Source of the DNA: Pseudomonadota bacterium
GTDB lineage: Bacteria > Pseudomonadota > Alphaproteobacteria > Rhizobiales > Hyphomicrobiaceae
DNA length: 63,817 nucleotides
Direction of reading: 5' to 3'
Assembly: GCA_023412745.1 (NCBI GenBank)
Contig: JAEZBZ010000276.1
Location: 1 to 63,817 of the forward strand
Each line of letters opens with the position of its first letter. Positions within the stretch are counted from its first letter, which is position 1. The position numbers were made by a program, and so were the translations under genes. Shown here piece by piece: positions 38,746 to 48,298 of the stretch. The notes under the pieces are model-generated. The model was not told where the DNA came from. It did no database searches and was given only the letters and a program-made list of their open reading frames with translations.

Positions 38746-41172
38746 ATGGCGTTAATCCGGAATATGCATCCCAGTCAGTGGGACTACAAAATTCCATTCT
38801 ACAATTATACGCCGCCAAAACCGGTGATACCGGAAAGGCCGGTGCCAACAAAGCCACCGAGTAAAGAGCCGCCGATCAAAGATTGGCATGCAGAAGACAA
38901 GTACGACCCTCCGAAGTACGAGCCACCAAAGTCCGGCCCGCCGAAGTACGATCCTCCGAAGTATGAGCCACCAAAGTACGATCCGCCGAAGCACCAGCCA
39001 CCGAAGCACGATCCGGATAAATACACAAAAGACAAATACTACGACCTGAAGAACCTTGAATCGCGCACCGCCGACGGCGGTAATAACGACGGCGACAACG
39101 ATCCCAATAACGACCGCGGGACGCATGATGCGCCGTTCGTTCGCGTAACGACCAGCAGTTACGTTGACGGCATCGGCCAGATTCCCGACCAGTCCCCTGG
39201 AGTCGGCGCCGCAACGCCGACCACGCTGCCGGCGCCGCGAGCGGTTAGCGATGCGGTCATGGCGCAAGGAGACGTGGATATCCCGAACGCCGCCGGCCTC
39301 AACGAATTCTTCCAGTTCTTTGGCCAGGCGCTGACGCATGACGTGGCCGAGGCGGCGACTGGGGCGTCAGGTGATCCGCCCTTGTTTCCCGCAGGATTGC
39401 CGTTTCCATTCGGTCGTACACCCTATGAGAACGGTACTCCGGAGACAGGTCCACGTCAGCAGATCAACGAGGAAACCAGTTTCCTCGATCTAAGCATGGT
39501 CTATGGCAATACGCAGACGATGCAGGATCTCGTGCGCGCAGATCTGTTCGATGCGCAAGGCAACAGCATCGGACAATCAGCCAAGCTTTTGATGGGAGCC
39601 AATGGGCTTTTGCCGACGATCAAGGATGTCGGCGAAGACTCCGGAAAAACGTCGCTTGAAGTTCTGGCGATATTTAGACCCGATGGCTTCGGTGGCCTTC
39701 CAGATCCGGCGACACCAGGTCTTGATCCGGCATCATTTGAAAATAGTTATTTTGCCGGTGACAATCGCGTCAATCAAACGCCCCTTCTGATCTCGCATCA
39801 GACGCTTTGGGCGAAAAATCACAATTACTGGGTCGATGAGCTGGCCAAAAAGAATCCGGGCTGGTCTCAGGATCAGCTGTTCGAGGCGGCTCGCGCGCTG
39901 AACGAGGCGAATTGGCAGCGCGTCGTATATGATGAGTACCTGCCGAAGCTACTGGGCGAAAATGCGCTTTCCGAGTATCAAGGTTATAAATCCAACGTCG
40001 ATCCGTCAGTCATAAATGAATGGACTACGGTTGCTTTCCGTTTCGGTCACGATCAGTCGAGCCAAAACCAGCGGCCGCTGACGGAAGGCGGCGGGCTCGC
40101 CTCTTTCACGCAGTTCACGTTCGCGCTGTTCACGTTGTCGGAGGCGTTTGCAGCGGGCGCGGATGGGGTGAGGACCGAAGAAGAGCTCAACGCCTGGATC
40201 CGCGGTCAGCTTTCCGCGCACACTCAGGAGATCGATGGGCTGGTCGTTGACGGAAACCGGAACGCCTTGTTCGGCATCGGAGCTACGGTCGATCTTGAGG
40301 TGTTCGACATCCTGCGTGCGCGCGATCACGGCGTTTGGAACTATAACGATCTGCGCGATGGCTTGGGCTTGTCGAGCTATGCCAGCTTCGACGAGTTCGG
40401 TGCCGCCAATGGTGTCGACGCCGCCCGCCTGCAAGCCCTTAAGGATGTCTATGGCAACGATATCGAGAAACTGGATTCGATCGTAGGCGGTCTGCTGGAG
40501 AAGAAGCATCTCGATAGCCAACTCGGCGAGACCTTCACCAAACTGAACATCATGCAATTTGAAGCGCTGCGTGATGGCGACCGCTTCTTCTATGAGGAGC
40601 GCCTCAAGGATTCGCCTGAGCTCCTCAAGCAAATCGAATCGACGTCAATGGCCGATATCATCGAGCGCAATACCGATATCGACTACATATACCGCGATGC
40701 GTTTGCGGCGCATGAGAGGCTGACCGCTAGCAACGGCAAGCTCGATGGCACCGAGGGTAAGGATCTCGCGATCGGTTCTGATAGTGCCGACGTGATCAAG
40801 ACCGGTGGCGGTGACGACGATGCTTACGGCGGAAAAGGCAGCGACCAGATCTATGCCGGAGCTGGCAACGACTGGATCTACGGCGGCGAAGGCGATGACT
40901 GCATCTGGACCGGCGCGGGACGCGATCTGATCGTGTTCGAGAAGAATTCCGGCAAGGACGCGGTCATGGACTTCGATACGCAGAACGACGTGCTGGACTT
41001 ATCCGCCTACGGCATCGAGTCGTGGAAAGATATCAAGGGCGCGATGAAAAACACGCCGTTCGGCGTGACGATCAAGCTCGACAAATACAACACCGTCGAA
41101 CTGGTGGGCGTAAAGGCCAAGGCGCTCACCGCCGATAACTTCGTGTTCGACGATCACGACGCCTACGCCTGA
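38746..41172 (+). CDS. Secreted heme peroxidase (peroxidase-cyclooxygenase superfamily) with N-terminal Pro/Lys/Tyr repeat and C-terminal RTX repeats
   Basis: GGAGGAG RBS; SRTADG, FGQALTHD, SFLDLSMVYG, GDNRVNQ, AFRFGH, RARDHG, LRDGDRFFYE; GGxGxD repeats. Confidence 0.9.
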   Translation: MALIRNMHPSQWDYKIPFYNYTPPKPVIPERPVPTKPPSKEPPIKDWHAEDKYDPPKYEPPKSGPPKYDPPKYEPPKYDPPKHQPPKHDPDKYTKDKYYDLKNLESRTADGGNNDGDNDPNNDRGTHDAPFVRVTTSSYVDGIGQIPDQSPGVGAATPTTLPAPRAVSDAVMAQGDVDIPNAAGLNEFFQFFGQALTHDVAEAATGASGDPPLFPAGLPFPFGRTPYENGTPETGPRQQINEETSFLDLSMVYGNTQTMQDLVRADLFDAQGNSIGQSAKLLMGANGLLPTIKDVGEDSGKTSLEVLAIFRPDGFGGLPDPATPGLDPASFENSYFAGDNRVNQTPLLISHQTLWAKNHNYWVDELAKKNPGWSQDQLFEAARALNEANWQRVVYDEYLPKLLGENALSEYQGYKSNVDPSVINEWTTVAFRFGHDQSSQNQRPLTEGGGLASFTQFTFALFTLSEAFAAGADGVRTEEELNAWIRGQLSAHTQEIDGLVVDGNRNALFGIGATVDLEVFDILRARDHGVWNYNDLRDGLGLSSYASFDEFGAANGVDAARLQALKDVYGNDIEKLDSIVGGLLEKKHLDSQLGETFTKLNIMQFEALRDGDRFFYEERLKDSPELLKQIESTSMADIIERNTDIDYIYRDAFAAHERLTASNGKLDGTEGKDLAIGSDSADVIKTGGGDDDAYGGKGSDQIYAGAGNDWIYGGEGDDCIWTGAGRDLIVFEKNSGKDAVMDFDTQNDVLDLSAYGIESWKDIKGAMKNTPFGVTIKLDKYNTVELVGVKAKALTADNFVFDDHDAYA
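38899..39045 (+). repeat. 15-bp coding tandem repeat, about 8-10 units, K(Y/H)(D/E)PP
   Basis: AAGTACGACCCTCCG, AAGTACGAGCCACCA, AAGTCCGGCCCGCCG, AAGTACGATCCTCCG, AAGTATGAGCCACCA, AAGTACGATCCGCCG, AAGCACCAGCCACCG, AAGCACGATCCGGAT. Confidence 0.9.
40747..40938 (+). repeat. RTX (hemolysin-type Ca-binding) nonapeptide repeats
   Basis: TGGGDDDAY GGKGSDQIY AGAGNDWIY GGEGDDCIW TGAGRDLIV. Confidence 0.88.
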
Positions 41173-41299
41173 GTGCGGAAGCGCTGTCCTGCGCGACAGA
41201 CGCGACAAACACGGTATGCCGGCGCGCTAACAGACGTGCGCCGGCATTTTCCCGAAACTTCCTGTATCGGCAAAACAGTCATCGGGGCGGACGGATCGA

Positions 41300-43066
41300 A
41301 TGGGTGATCGGACTGGCGGCAGGCGGCGGGCGCGCAACCGGCTTTCGGCGGTCCTGCGATCCATGGCGGGGGCATTCTTTGCCGTCGGCATTTTCAGCCT
41401 TTTCAGCAATCTCGCGATGCTGGTTGCGCCGCTCTACATGATGCAGATCTACGATCGCGTGCTGGCATCCGGCAGCAAGGAAACGCTGATCGCGCTGACC
41501 ATCCTGGCCATCGGCCTGCTGGCCATCAACGCATTGCTCGAGGTGTCCCGGTCGCGCCTTCTGGTGCGCATCGGTGCCAAGCTCGATGAAAAACTCAGCG
41601 CCAATCTTTTTACGTGCGCGTTCCAGGCGCGACTGGCCGGTAACGAACGCTCATCAAGCGAGCCGTTGCGCGATCTGGAATCCGTGCGCTCGTTCCTGAC
41701 CGGCTCCGGTATTATCGCGATTTTCGATGCGCCGTGGACGCCGATTTATCTCGCCGTGGTTTTCATATTGCATCCGGTGCTGGGTATCGTCGCCAGTATT
41801 GGCGCGATCATCATCGTGATCCTGGCATTGACCAGTGAGTTCACGGTCAAGAAGCCGCTGCTGGAAGCTGGGCGCGGTTCGCGCAACTCCACCGATTTCA
41901 CCGATCTGCTGACGCGCAATGCCGAGGCCGTTCATGCGATGGGCATGCTCGGCTCGCTGACGCGCAGGTGGGCGCGCTTCCATCACTACGGCGTGGCCTG
42001 GCAGGCGATCGCGAGCGATCGCATGGCGGTGCTTCAGTCGATCGCGAAACTGGTCAGGATGTCGTTGCAGATCGCTATGCTGGGGACCGGGGCCTGGCTG
42101 GTGCTAGATCACGCCATGTCGGCTGGATCGATCATTGCCGCGTCCATCATAACGGCTCGCGCTTTGGCGCCGGTCGAAATGCTGATCGGCCAATGGCGGC
42201 CGCTGGTCAATGCGCGCCAGGCCAGCCATCGCCTTCGCCAAACGCTGGAAACGATCGACGACTTCGATCCGAACCGAACAAGGCTGCCCCGCCCCGGTGG
42301 CCGCTTGCAGGTGAGTCAGGCGGGATATCGCCTGCCGGGCGCCACCGCGCCGCTGCTGAGCAACGTGTCGTTTGAATTGGAGGCAGGGCAGGCGCTGGGT
42401 ATCATAGGTCCGAGCGGCGCCGGCAAATCCACGCTGGTTCGCCTGCTGGTCGGGCTGACCGACACCAGCTTTGGCACGGTTCGCCTCGATGGCGCGGAAA
42501 TCACGAGCTGGCCACGCGAGGATCTCGGCGCATTCATCGGGTATCTGCCGCAGGACGTGCAGTTGATGAGTGGTACGGTGGCAGCCAACATTTCCCGTTT
42601 CGGCGATCACGACTCGCAGCGCATTACGGACGCGGCACAACTGGCGGGCGTGCACGAGATGATCCTGGAACTGCCGGACGGATATGAGACGCACGTCGGT
42701 GATGGCGGGCGCGCGCTGTCGGGCGGTCAGCGGCAGCGTATTGCGTTGGCGCGTGCGGTGTATGGCGATGTGCGGTTGATCATTCTCGACGAGCCGAACG
42801 CCAATCTCGATCACGATGGTGAGATGGCGCTGAGACGCACGCTGCAATGGCTCAAGCACAATCAGCGCACGGTCATCGTGGTTTCGCATACGCCGGCGGT
42901 GCTGCATTCGGTCGATCATCTGCTGGTGCTGCGCAATGGCCGCGTCGATCGCTTCGGCCCGCGCGATCGCGTGCTGGCGGATCTCGCCCGCAACGCGCCG
43001 CCGCGCCCGCTGCCGACGAACGTGCAGCAGCAAGGCCCATCCGTGCAGGAGGCGGCTCATGGCTGA
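41300..43066 (+). CDS. prtD: Type I secretion ABC permease/ATPase (PrtD/RsaD family)
   Basis: PLYMMQIYDRVL, FDAPW, GPSGAGKS, LSGGQRQR, LDEPNANLD. Confidence 0.92.
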   Translation: MGDRTGGRRRARNRLSAVLRSMAGAFFAVGIFSLFSNLAMLVAPLYMMQIYDRVLASGSKETLIALTILAIGLLAINALLEVSRSRLLVRIGAKLDEKLSANLFTCAFQARLAGNERSSSEPLRDLESVRSFLTGSGIIAIFDAPWTPIYLAVVFILHPVLGIVASIGAIIIVILALTSEFTVKKPLLEAGRGSRNSTDFTDLLTRNAEAVHAMGMLGSLTRRWARFHHYGVAWQAIASDRMAVLQSIAKLVRMSLQIAMLGTGAWLVLDHAMSAGSIIAASIITARALAPVEMLIGQWRPLVNARQASHRLRQTLETIDDFDPNRTRLPRPGGRLQVSQAGYRLPGATAPLLSNVSFELEAGQALGIIGPSGAGKSTLVRLLVGLTDTSFGTVRLDGAEITSWPREDLGAFIGYLPQDVQLMSGTVAANISRFGDHDSQRITDAAQLAGVHEMILELPDGYETHVGDGGRALSGGQRQRIALARAVYGDVRLIILDEPNANLDHDGEMALRRTLQWLKHNQRTVIVVSHTPAVLHSVDHLLVLRNGRVDRFGPRDRVLADLARNAPPRPLPTNVQQQGPSVQEAAHG

Positions 43067-44408
43067 CGCGCCGCGCCCCGAGAGGCTCGATCTGACCGAG
43101 CATCTGCCGGAAGTCGAGGTGCCGACGGGCTATCGAAAGTGGACGCTCCTGGGGCTCCTGACTCTGATCGCAGCCTTCGGCGGAATGGGCATGTGGGCGG
43201 CAACGGCGTCGCTCGACAGCGCCGTGGTGGCTGTCGGTAAGGTCACGGTCGCCAGTAAGCGAAAGGTCGTGCAGCACCTGGAAGGTGGCATCATACAGCG
43301 GCTGGCGGTGCGCGACGGGGATAGCGTGCAGGAAGGCGACGTGCTGATCGAATTCGATCCGACACGCGCGAAAACGCGTTTTGCGATTGTGCGCACTGGC
43401 TATCTTTCGGCACTGGCCGGCGAGGCGCGGCTCATCGCCGAGCGTGACGGCAAAAGTGCCATAGAATTTCCTGCCGAGGTCGTGAAAGAAGGCGCGCGCG
43501 ACCCCGAGATCGCGGAGTTCGCGGCTGGCCAGCAGCGCATCTTCGACACGCGCAAACGCGAGTTCGATGGCCAGACCGATATCCTCAACAGTCGCATCGA
43601 GCGGCTGAAGGAAGAGATCCGTGGCCAGACTGCGGAGCGCGCGGCGGCGCAGAAGCAGCTCGAGATGGCGCGTGAGGAACTTGCTATCCTAGAGGAGCTG
43701 TATCGTAAGCAGCACACCACACGGAACCGCATTCTTTCAGCGCGCCGCGAAGTGTTTCAGCTCGACGGCGCGATCGGCCGGCTGGCGTCCAGCATCGCGG
43801 CATCGGAAAAGGAGATCGGCGAGACCGGGCTTAGCATCGTGCAGACCCGCAACCGGATCATGACGGAAGTTGCGGCTGAGCTGAAAACAACACAGGCAAA
43901 GGTGCTGGAACTGCGTGAGCAGTATCTCGAAGGTCAGTCGGAAATCGAACGCGCGGTGTTGCGCGCGCCGGTGAGCGGAACGGTATTCGGCACCCAGGTG
44001 CACACCGTGGGCGGTGTGGCGCGGCCCGGGGCGACGCTGCTCGAAATCGTGCCGGATAATGACGATCTGGTGGTCGAGGTTCATCTGCGGCCGCAGGATG
44101 TGGATCTCGTCGCCATCGGTCAGACGACCGAGGTGCGCTTCAGCACGCTCAAGCAGCGCGCGATGCCGACCGTCGCTGGTCGATTGTCGTTCGTGTCGGC
44201 CGATACTGTGTCAGATCCTCGCGAGATGCAGCCCTATTACGTGGCCAACGTCGAAGTGAAGTTGGCGGAGCTTCAGCGCATTGGTGCGCTACGGCTTCAG
44301 CCCGGCATGCCGTGCGAAGTCCTGATCAAGACGGGGCAGAGGACGGCGCTGGCCTATCTGACCCAGCCGCTGGCGGAAAGCCTCAATCGCGCCTGGCGCG
44401 AGCGATGA
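43059..44408 (+). CDS. prtE: Type I secretion membrane fusion protein (PrtE/HlyD family)
   Basis: VQHLEGGII, RAPVSG, LQPGMP; overlaps the prtD stop. Confidence 0.92.
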   Translation: MADAPRPERLDLTEHLPEVEVPTGYRKWTLLGLLTLIAAFGGMGMWAATASLDSAVVAVGKVTVASKRKVVQHLEGGIIQRLAVRDGDSVQEGDVLIEFDPTRAKTRFAIVRTGYLSALAGEARLIAERDGKSAIEFPAEVVKEGARDPEIAEFAAGQQRIFDTRKREFDGQTDILNSRIERLKEEIRGQTAERAAAQKQLEMAREELAILEELYRKQHTTRNRILSARREVFQLDGAIGRLASSIAASEKEIGETGLSIVQTRNRIMTEVAAELKTTQAKVLELREQYLEGQSEIERAVLRAPVSGTVFGTQVHTVGGVARPGATLLEIVPDNDDLVVEVHLRPQDVDLVAIGQTTEVRFSTLKQRAMPTVAGRLSFVSADTVSDPREMQPYYVANVEVKLAELQRIGALRLQPGMPCEVLIKTGQRTALAYLTQPLAESLNRAWRER

Positions 44409-44658
44409 TAGGTGGTCCCCATCCGCCGCGTCTTTGGCTTGCAGCGTAATCGCCAGATCGTCAGATAGAGCCGCCAGCCACCGCAAACTGTGTGATGGGC
44501 AACATATAAATACCGCCGCAGCGGCCTATCCGCCGTCATCGCGCAGATGTGATCATCATTGCCACACCAGACGCGCTTAGATCGTGCACGCATCCCGTAT
44601 CGACGCACGCTTCCGCAGCGTTCGATGTGCCAGCAATCGCAAGCCCTGGGTGATCTCG

Positions 44659-45117
44659 ATGGCCAAACTGAACATCAATGGAAAAGATCTCGACCTCGAG
44701 GTGGATGGCGCGACGCCCCTGTTATGGGTGATCCGTGAGCACGCCGACCTGACCGGAACGAAATATGGCTGCGGCGTTGGTATGTGCGGTGCCTGCTCCG
44801 TGCATATCAATGGTGAAGTCCAGCGCTCCTGCATGATCGCGGTGTCGGACGTTCAGCCGACCGACAGGATCGTCACTATCGAGGGCCTGTCGGCCAATGG
44901 CGATCATCCGGTGCAGAAAGCATGGCTGGAGCTGGAAGTGGCGCAATGCGGCTACTGTCAGACCGGCCAGATCATGGCCGCGGCAGCTCTGCTGAAGAAC
45001 ACGCCCAAGCCCAGTGACGCCGATATCGACACCGCGATGACCAACATCTGTCGATGCGGCACCTACCAGCGGATCCGTCAGGCCGTGCATGCGGCCGCCG
45101 GTAGCAGCCAGGGTTGA
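44659..45117 (+). CDS. iorA: 2x[2Fe-2S] small subunit of an isoquinoline 1-oxidoreductase-like molybdoenzyme
   Basis: GTKYGCGVGMCGAC, QCGYCQ, NICRCG. Confidence 0.9.
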   Translation: MAKLNINGKDLDLEVDGATPLLWVIREHADLTGTKYGCGVGMCGACSVHINGEVQRSCMIAVSDVQPTDRIVTIEGLSANGDHPVQKAWLELEVAQCGYCQTGQIMAAAALLKNTPKPSDADIDTAMTNICRCGTYQRIRQAVHAAAGSSQG

Positions 45118-45129
45118 GGAGCGCGCGCC

Positions 45130-47334
45130 ATGACCATTACGACAGCACTTTCCCGCCGCAAGTTTCTCGTCACCGCCGCTGCTGCAGGTGGTGGACTCGC
45201 GCTCGGTATCGACGCCGGTGGTATCGGCCGCGCGCTCAGCCAGATCGCCATCGGCGGTTCGGTGGACGGCAGCGAAATCGGCGTCTGGGTTTTCATCAAA
45301 CCCGACGAAGAGGTCGTCATCCGCATTGCGCGCTCGGAAATGGGGCAAGGCACACTAACCGGCCTCGCACAGCTCGTCGCCGAGGAACTTGACTGCGACT
45401 GGTCGAAGGTGAAGGCCGAATATCCGACGCCGGGCGAGAACCTGGCACGTAATCGTGCCTGGGGCGACATGTCGACCGGCGGGTCGCGCGGCATTCGCGG
45501 GTCGCATGATTATGTGCGCCAGGGCGGTGCCGCCGCTCGACAGATGCTGCTGCAGGCAGCCGCCAACGAATGGAGCGTGCCCGTTGGTGAACTGGTAGTG
45601 GACAAGGGTGTCATCACACACGCTGCCTCCAAGCGCACCACGACCTACGGCAAGGTGGCGACGGCGGCCGGAAAACTGCCGGTGCCGGATCTGAAGACGA
45701 TGAAGCTGCGCGATCCGAAGGACTGGAAAATCGCCGGCAAGCCGCTGAAGCGCCTGGATACCCAAGACAAGCTGACCGGCAAGCTCGTCTACGCCATCGA
45801 CATCAATCTGCCGGACATGCTGACCGCGACCATCATGGACGCGCCGGTGTTCGGCCAGAAACTCACCAGCTACGACGAAGCCAGTGTCGAAGGCATGCCC
45901 GGTATCAAGGGCGTCTATCGCGTCGGCGAGACCGCGGTTGCGGTGGTCGCCGACACATTCTGGCAGGCCAAACAAGGACTGGATGCACTCAATCCGACCT
46001 GGGAGGAAGGCCCCAACAACAAGGTGTCGAGCAAGACCATCGCGGCGGTGCTGAACGAGGGGCTGACCTCGAAGGACGGCGTTTCCGTCGGCAATCAGGC
46101 CGGCGATGCCGACAAGGCGATTGCCGGCGCCGCCAAGAAGCTGGAGGCGGTCTACACCACGCCTTACTGGCATCACGTCACCATGGAGCCGATGAACTGC
46201 ACGGCGAAGTGGCCGGCGGACAAGTGCGAGGTCTGGGTGGCGTCGCAAAACGGCGAGGCGTCGCTTGCGGCGGCTGCCGAAGCGGCGGGACTGCGCCCAT
46301 CGCAATGCGAGGTCTACAAACACCACCTCGGCGGCGGGTTCGGCCGGCGCGGATTCCAGGATTACGTGACCAAGGCGGTGCTGCTGGCCAAGCAGATCCC
46401 CGGCGTCCCGGTGAAAACCATCTGGACGCGCGAGGAGGATATGCGCCAGGGCCGATTCAAGCCGATCGGTCACTGCAAGCTGGAAGCTGGGCTTGATGAC
46501 AAAGGCAATCTCGTCGGCTTCAAGATGCGCATCGCCGCGCCGTCGATCATGGCCTACGCTTTTCCGCAGAGGCTTGGCGCCGGCGGCATGGACCCGATCG
46601 CATTCCAGGGGCTCAACCGTGGTGGCGCCGAGGGCCAGATCGGCTACACCATTCCGAACCTGCTGATCGAGCACGCCATGCGCAATACGCACGTGCCGCC
46701 CGGCTTCTGGCGCGGCGTCAACAACAACCAGAACGCCGTGTTCCTCGAATGCTTCATGGATGAAGTCGCCAAGGAAGCCGGCAAGGATCCGCTAGAATTC
46801 CGGCGGGCGATGATGGCCAATCATCCCAAGCATCTTGCCGTTTTGAATGCGGTGGCCGAGAAGGCCGGCTGGGAAACCAGCAAGCCGCCGGAGGGGCAGT
46901 TCCGTGGCATTGCTCAGCATATGGGCTACGGCAGCTATGTGGCTGCGGTGGCGGAAGTGTCCGTATCGGACAACGGCCGGCTCAAGATCCATCGCCTCAT
47001 CATGGGCACGGACAGCGGGCACGTCGTCAATCCGGACCAGGTGATCGCGCAGGTCGAGGGATCGGTGGCGTACGGCCTCGGCGCCACGCTGCACCAGAAA
47101 ATCACCATCGATGAGGGCCGGGTCGTGGAGGACAATTTCCACACCTATCCTTCGATGACCCTGGAGGAGTTTCCGAAGATCGAGACCGTGCTGGTGCCCT
47201 CGGGCGGCTTCTGGGGCGGTGTTGGCGAACCGACAATCTGCGTTGCGGCGCCGGCCGTGCTCAACGCGATCTTCGCGGCAACCGGCAAACCGGTGCGCTC
47301 GTTGCCGCTGGCTGACGTGAAGCTCAGGGCGTGA
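45130..47334 (+). CDS. iorB: Tat-exported molybdopterin subunit, xanthine oxidase family (IorB-like)
   Basis: SRRKFL Tat motif, SEMGQG, TGGSRG, LGGGFGRR, FWRGV, GGVGEP catalytic Glu. Confidence 0.9.
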   Translation: MTITTALSRRKFLVTAAAAGGGLALGIDAGGIGRALSQIAIGGSVDGSEIGVWVFIKPDEEVVIRIARSEMGQGTLTGLAQLVAEELDCDWSKVKAEYPTPGENLARNRAWGDMSTGGSRGIRGSHDYVRQGGAAARQMLLQAAANEWSVPVGELVVDKGVITHAASKRTTTYGKVATAAGKLPVPDLKTMKLRDPKDWKIAGKPLKRLDTQDKLTGKLVYAIDINLPDMLTATIMDAPVFGQKLTSYDEASVEGMPGIKGVYRVGETAVAVVADTFWQAKQGLDALNPTWEEGPNNKVSSKTIAAVLNEGLTSKDGVSVGNQAGDADKAIAGAAKKLEAVYTTPYWHHVTMEPMNCTAKWPADKCEVWVASQNGEASLAAAAEAAGLRPSQCEVYKHHLGGGFGRRGFQDYVTKAVLLAKQIPGVPVKTIWTREEDMRQGRFKPIGHCKLEAGLDDKGNLVGFKMRIAAPSIMAYAFPQRLGAGGMDPIAFQGLNRGGAEGQIGYTIPNLLIEHAMRNTHVPPGFWRGVNNNQNAVFLECFMDEVAKEAGKDPLEFRRAMMANHPKHLAVLNAVAEKAGWETSKPPEGQFRGIAQHMGYGSYVAAVAEVSVSDNGRLKIHRLIMGTDSGHVVNPDQVIAQVEGSVAYGLGATLHQKITIDEGRVVEDNFHTYPSMTLEEFPKIETVLVPSGGFWGGVGEPTICVAAPAVLNAIFAATGKPVRSLPLADVKLRA

Positions 47335-47795
47335 GTTTGCGACGACAGCCCCTGCTGGCAGCGGTCGCCGCCGTTGTGGCGGTGGCCCTGCCTGTGGCTT
47401 CCGGTTCGGCGGAGCCGTTGATCCCCTACGACATCGTGGGGGACGCGATCCCCGAACCGCTGGGCAAGCTCGCCGGTGATCCGGCGCGTGGAAGAACGCT
47501 GGTGCTGGATCGCAGTGTCGGCAATTGCCTGATCTGCCATAAGGCGCCGGAACCGGGTGAACGCTTCATGGGTGAGTTGGGCCCGGACCTGACCGGTGTC
47601 GGTCGCAGGTTGAGCCCAGGCCAGATCCGCCTGCGTCTCGTCGACCAGAGCAGCCTCAATGCGAAAACGCTGATGCCGCCATACTATCGCGTCGACGGCC
47701 TGACCCGCGTGGCGCAGCGCTATCGGGGCAAGCCGGTGCTCGACCCGCAGCAGGTTGAAGATGTGGTCGCGTATCTTACGTCATTGAAAGATTGA
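47331..47795 (+). CDS. soxX: SoxX-like monoheme cytochrome c
   Basis: GDAIPEPL..GDPARGR, GNCLICH, GELGPDL, TLMPPYY; GTGA overlap with the iorB stop. Confidence 0.88.
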   Translation: MSLRRQPLLAAVAAVVAVALPVASGSAEPLIPYDIVGDAIPEPLGKLAGDPARGRTLVLDRSVGNCLICHKAPEPGERFMGELGPDLTGVGRRLSPGQIRLRLVDQSSLNAKTLMPPYYRVDGLTRVAQRYRGKPVLDPQQVEDVVAYLTSLKD

Positions 47796-47809
47796 AACAG
47801 GCAACGAAC

Positions 47810-48289
47810 ATGACGGTGTCCAATCCGTTGCAAAATGGGCCGACGCGCCGCGAGCTGATCGCCGGCGGAATCGCAATTGCCTGCATTCCGCTGACAGGCA
47901 CTGCTGCCCTGGCAACGCCGCAGGAGATGGAAAGCGCGATCCGTGCGTTGACCGGCGGCGCCACGGTGACACCCGGCGGCATGAAGCTGGTGCTGCCGGA
48001 ACTCGCCGAGAACGGCAACATCGTGGCGCTGGCCGTGACGGTGGAAAGCCCGATGACGGCGCAGGATCACGTCAAGGCCGTGCACGTCTTTTCGGCACTC
48101 AACCCGATCGCGACGGTGGCGCGGTTTCATCTGTCGCCGCGCGCCGGCGCAAATCCGACCGTCAACACCAACATTCGTCTCGCTGATTCACAGCGCGTCA
48201 CGGCCATCGCGGCGATGAGCGACGGCAGCTTCCGCTCAGCCGACGCCAATGTCGTGATCACCATTGCCGCCTGTATCGATGGGGGCTAG
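47810..48289 (+). CDS. SoxY paralog with non-canonical AACIDGG arm
   Basis: TRRELI Tat motif, PELAENGNIV, VESPMT..DHV, NIRLADSQ, C-terminus VVITIAACIDGG. Confidence 0.88.
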   Translation: MTVSNPLQNGPTRRELIAGGIAIACIPLTGTAALATPQEMESAIRALTGGATVTPGGMKLVLPELAENGNIVALAVTVESPMTAQDHVKAVHVFSALNPIATVARFHLSPRAGANPTVNTNIRLADSQRVTAIAAMSDGSFRSADANVVITIAACIDGG

Positions 48290-48298
48290 GAGTACACC

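Noticed and set aside
38899..39045. Tandem repeat as a CRISPR array or non-coding VNTR
   Set aside because: 15-bp in-frame units with no spacers, synonymous variation and no cas genes.
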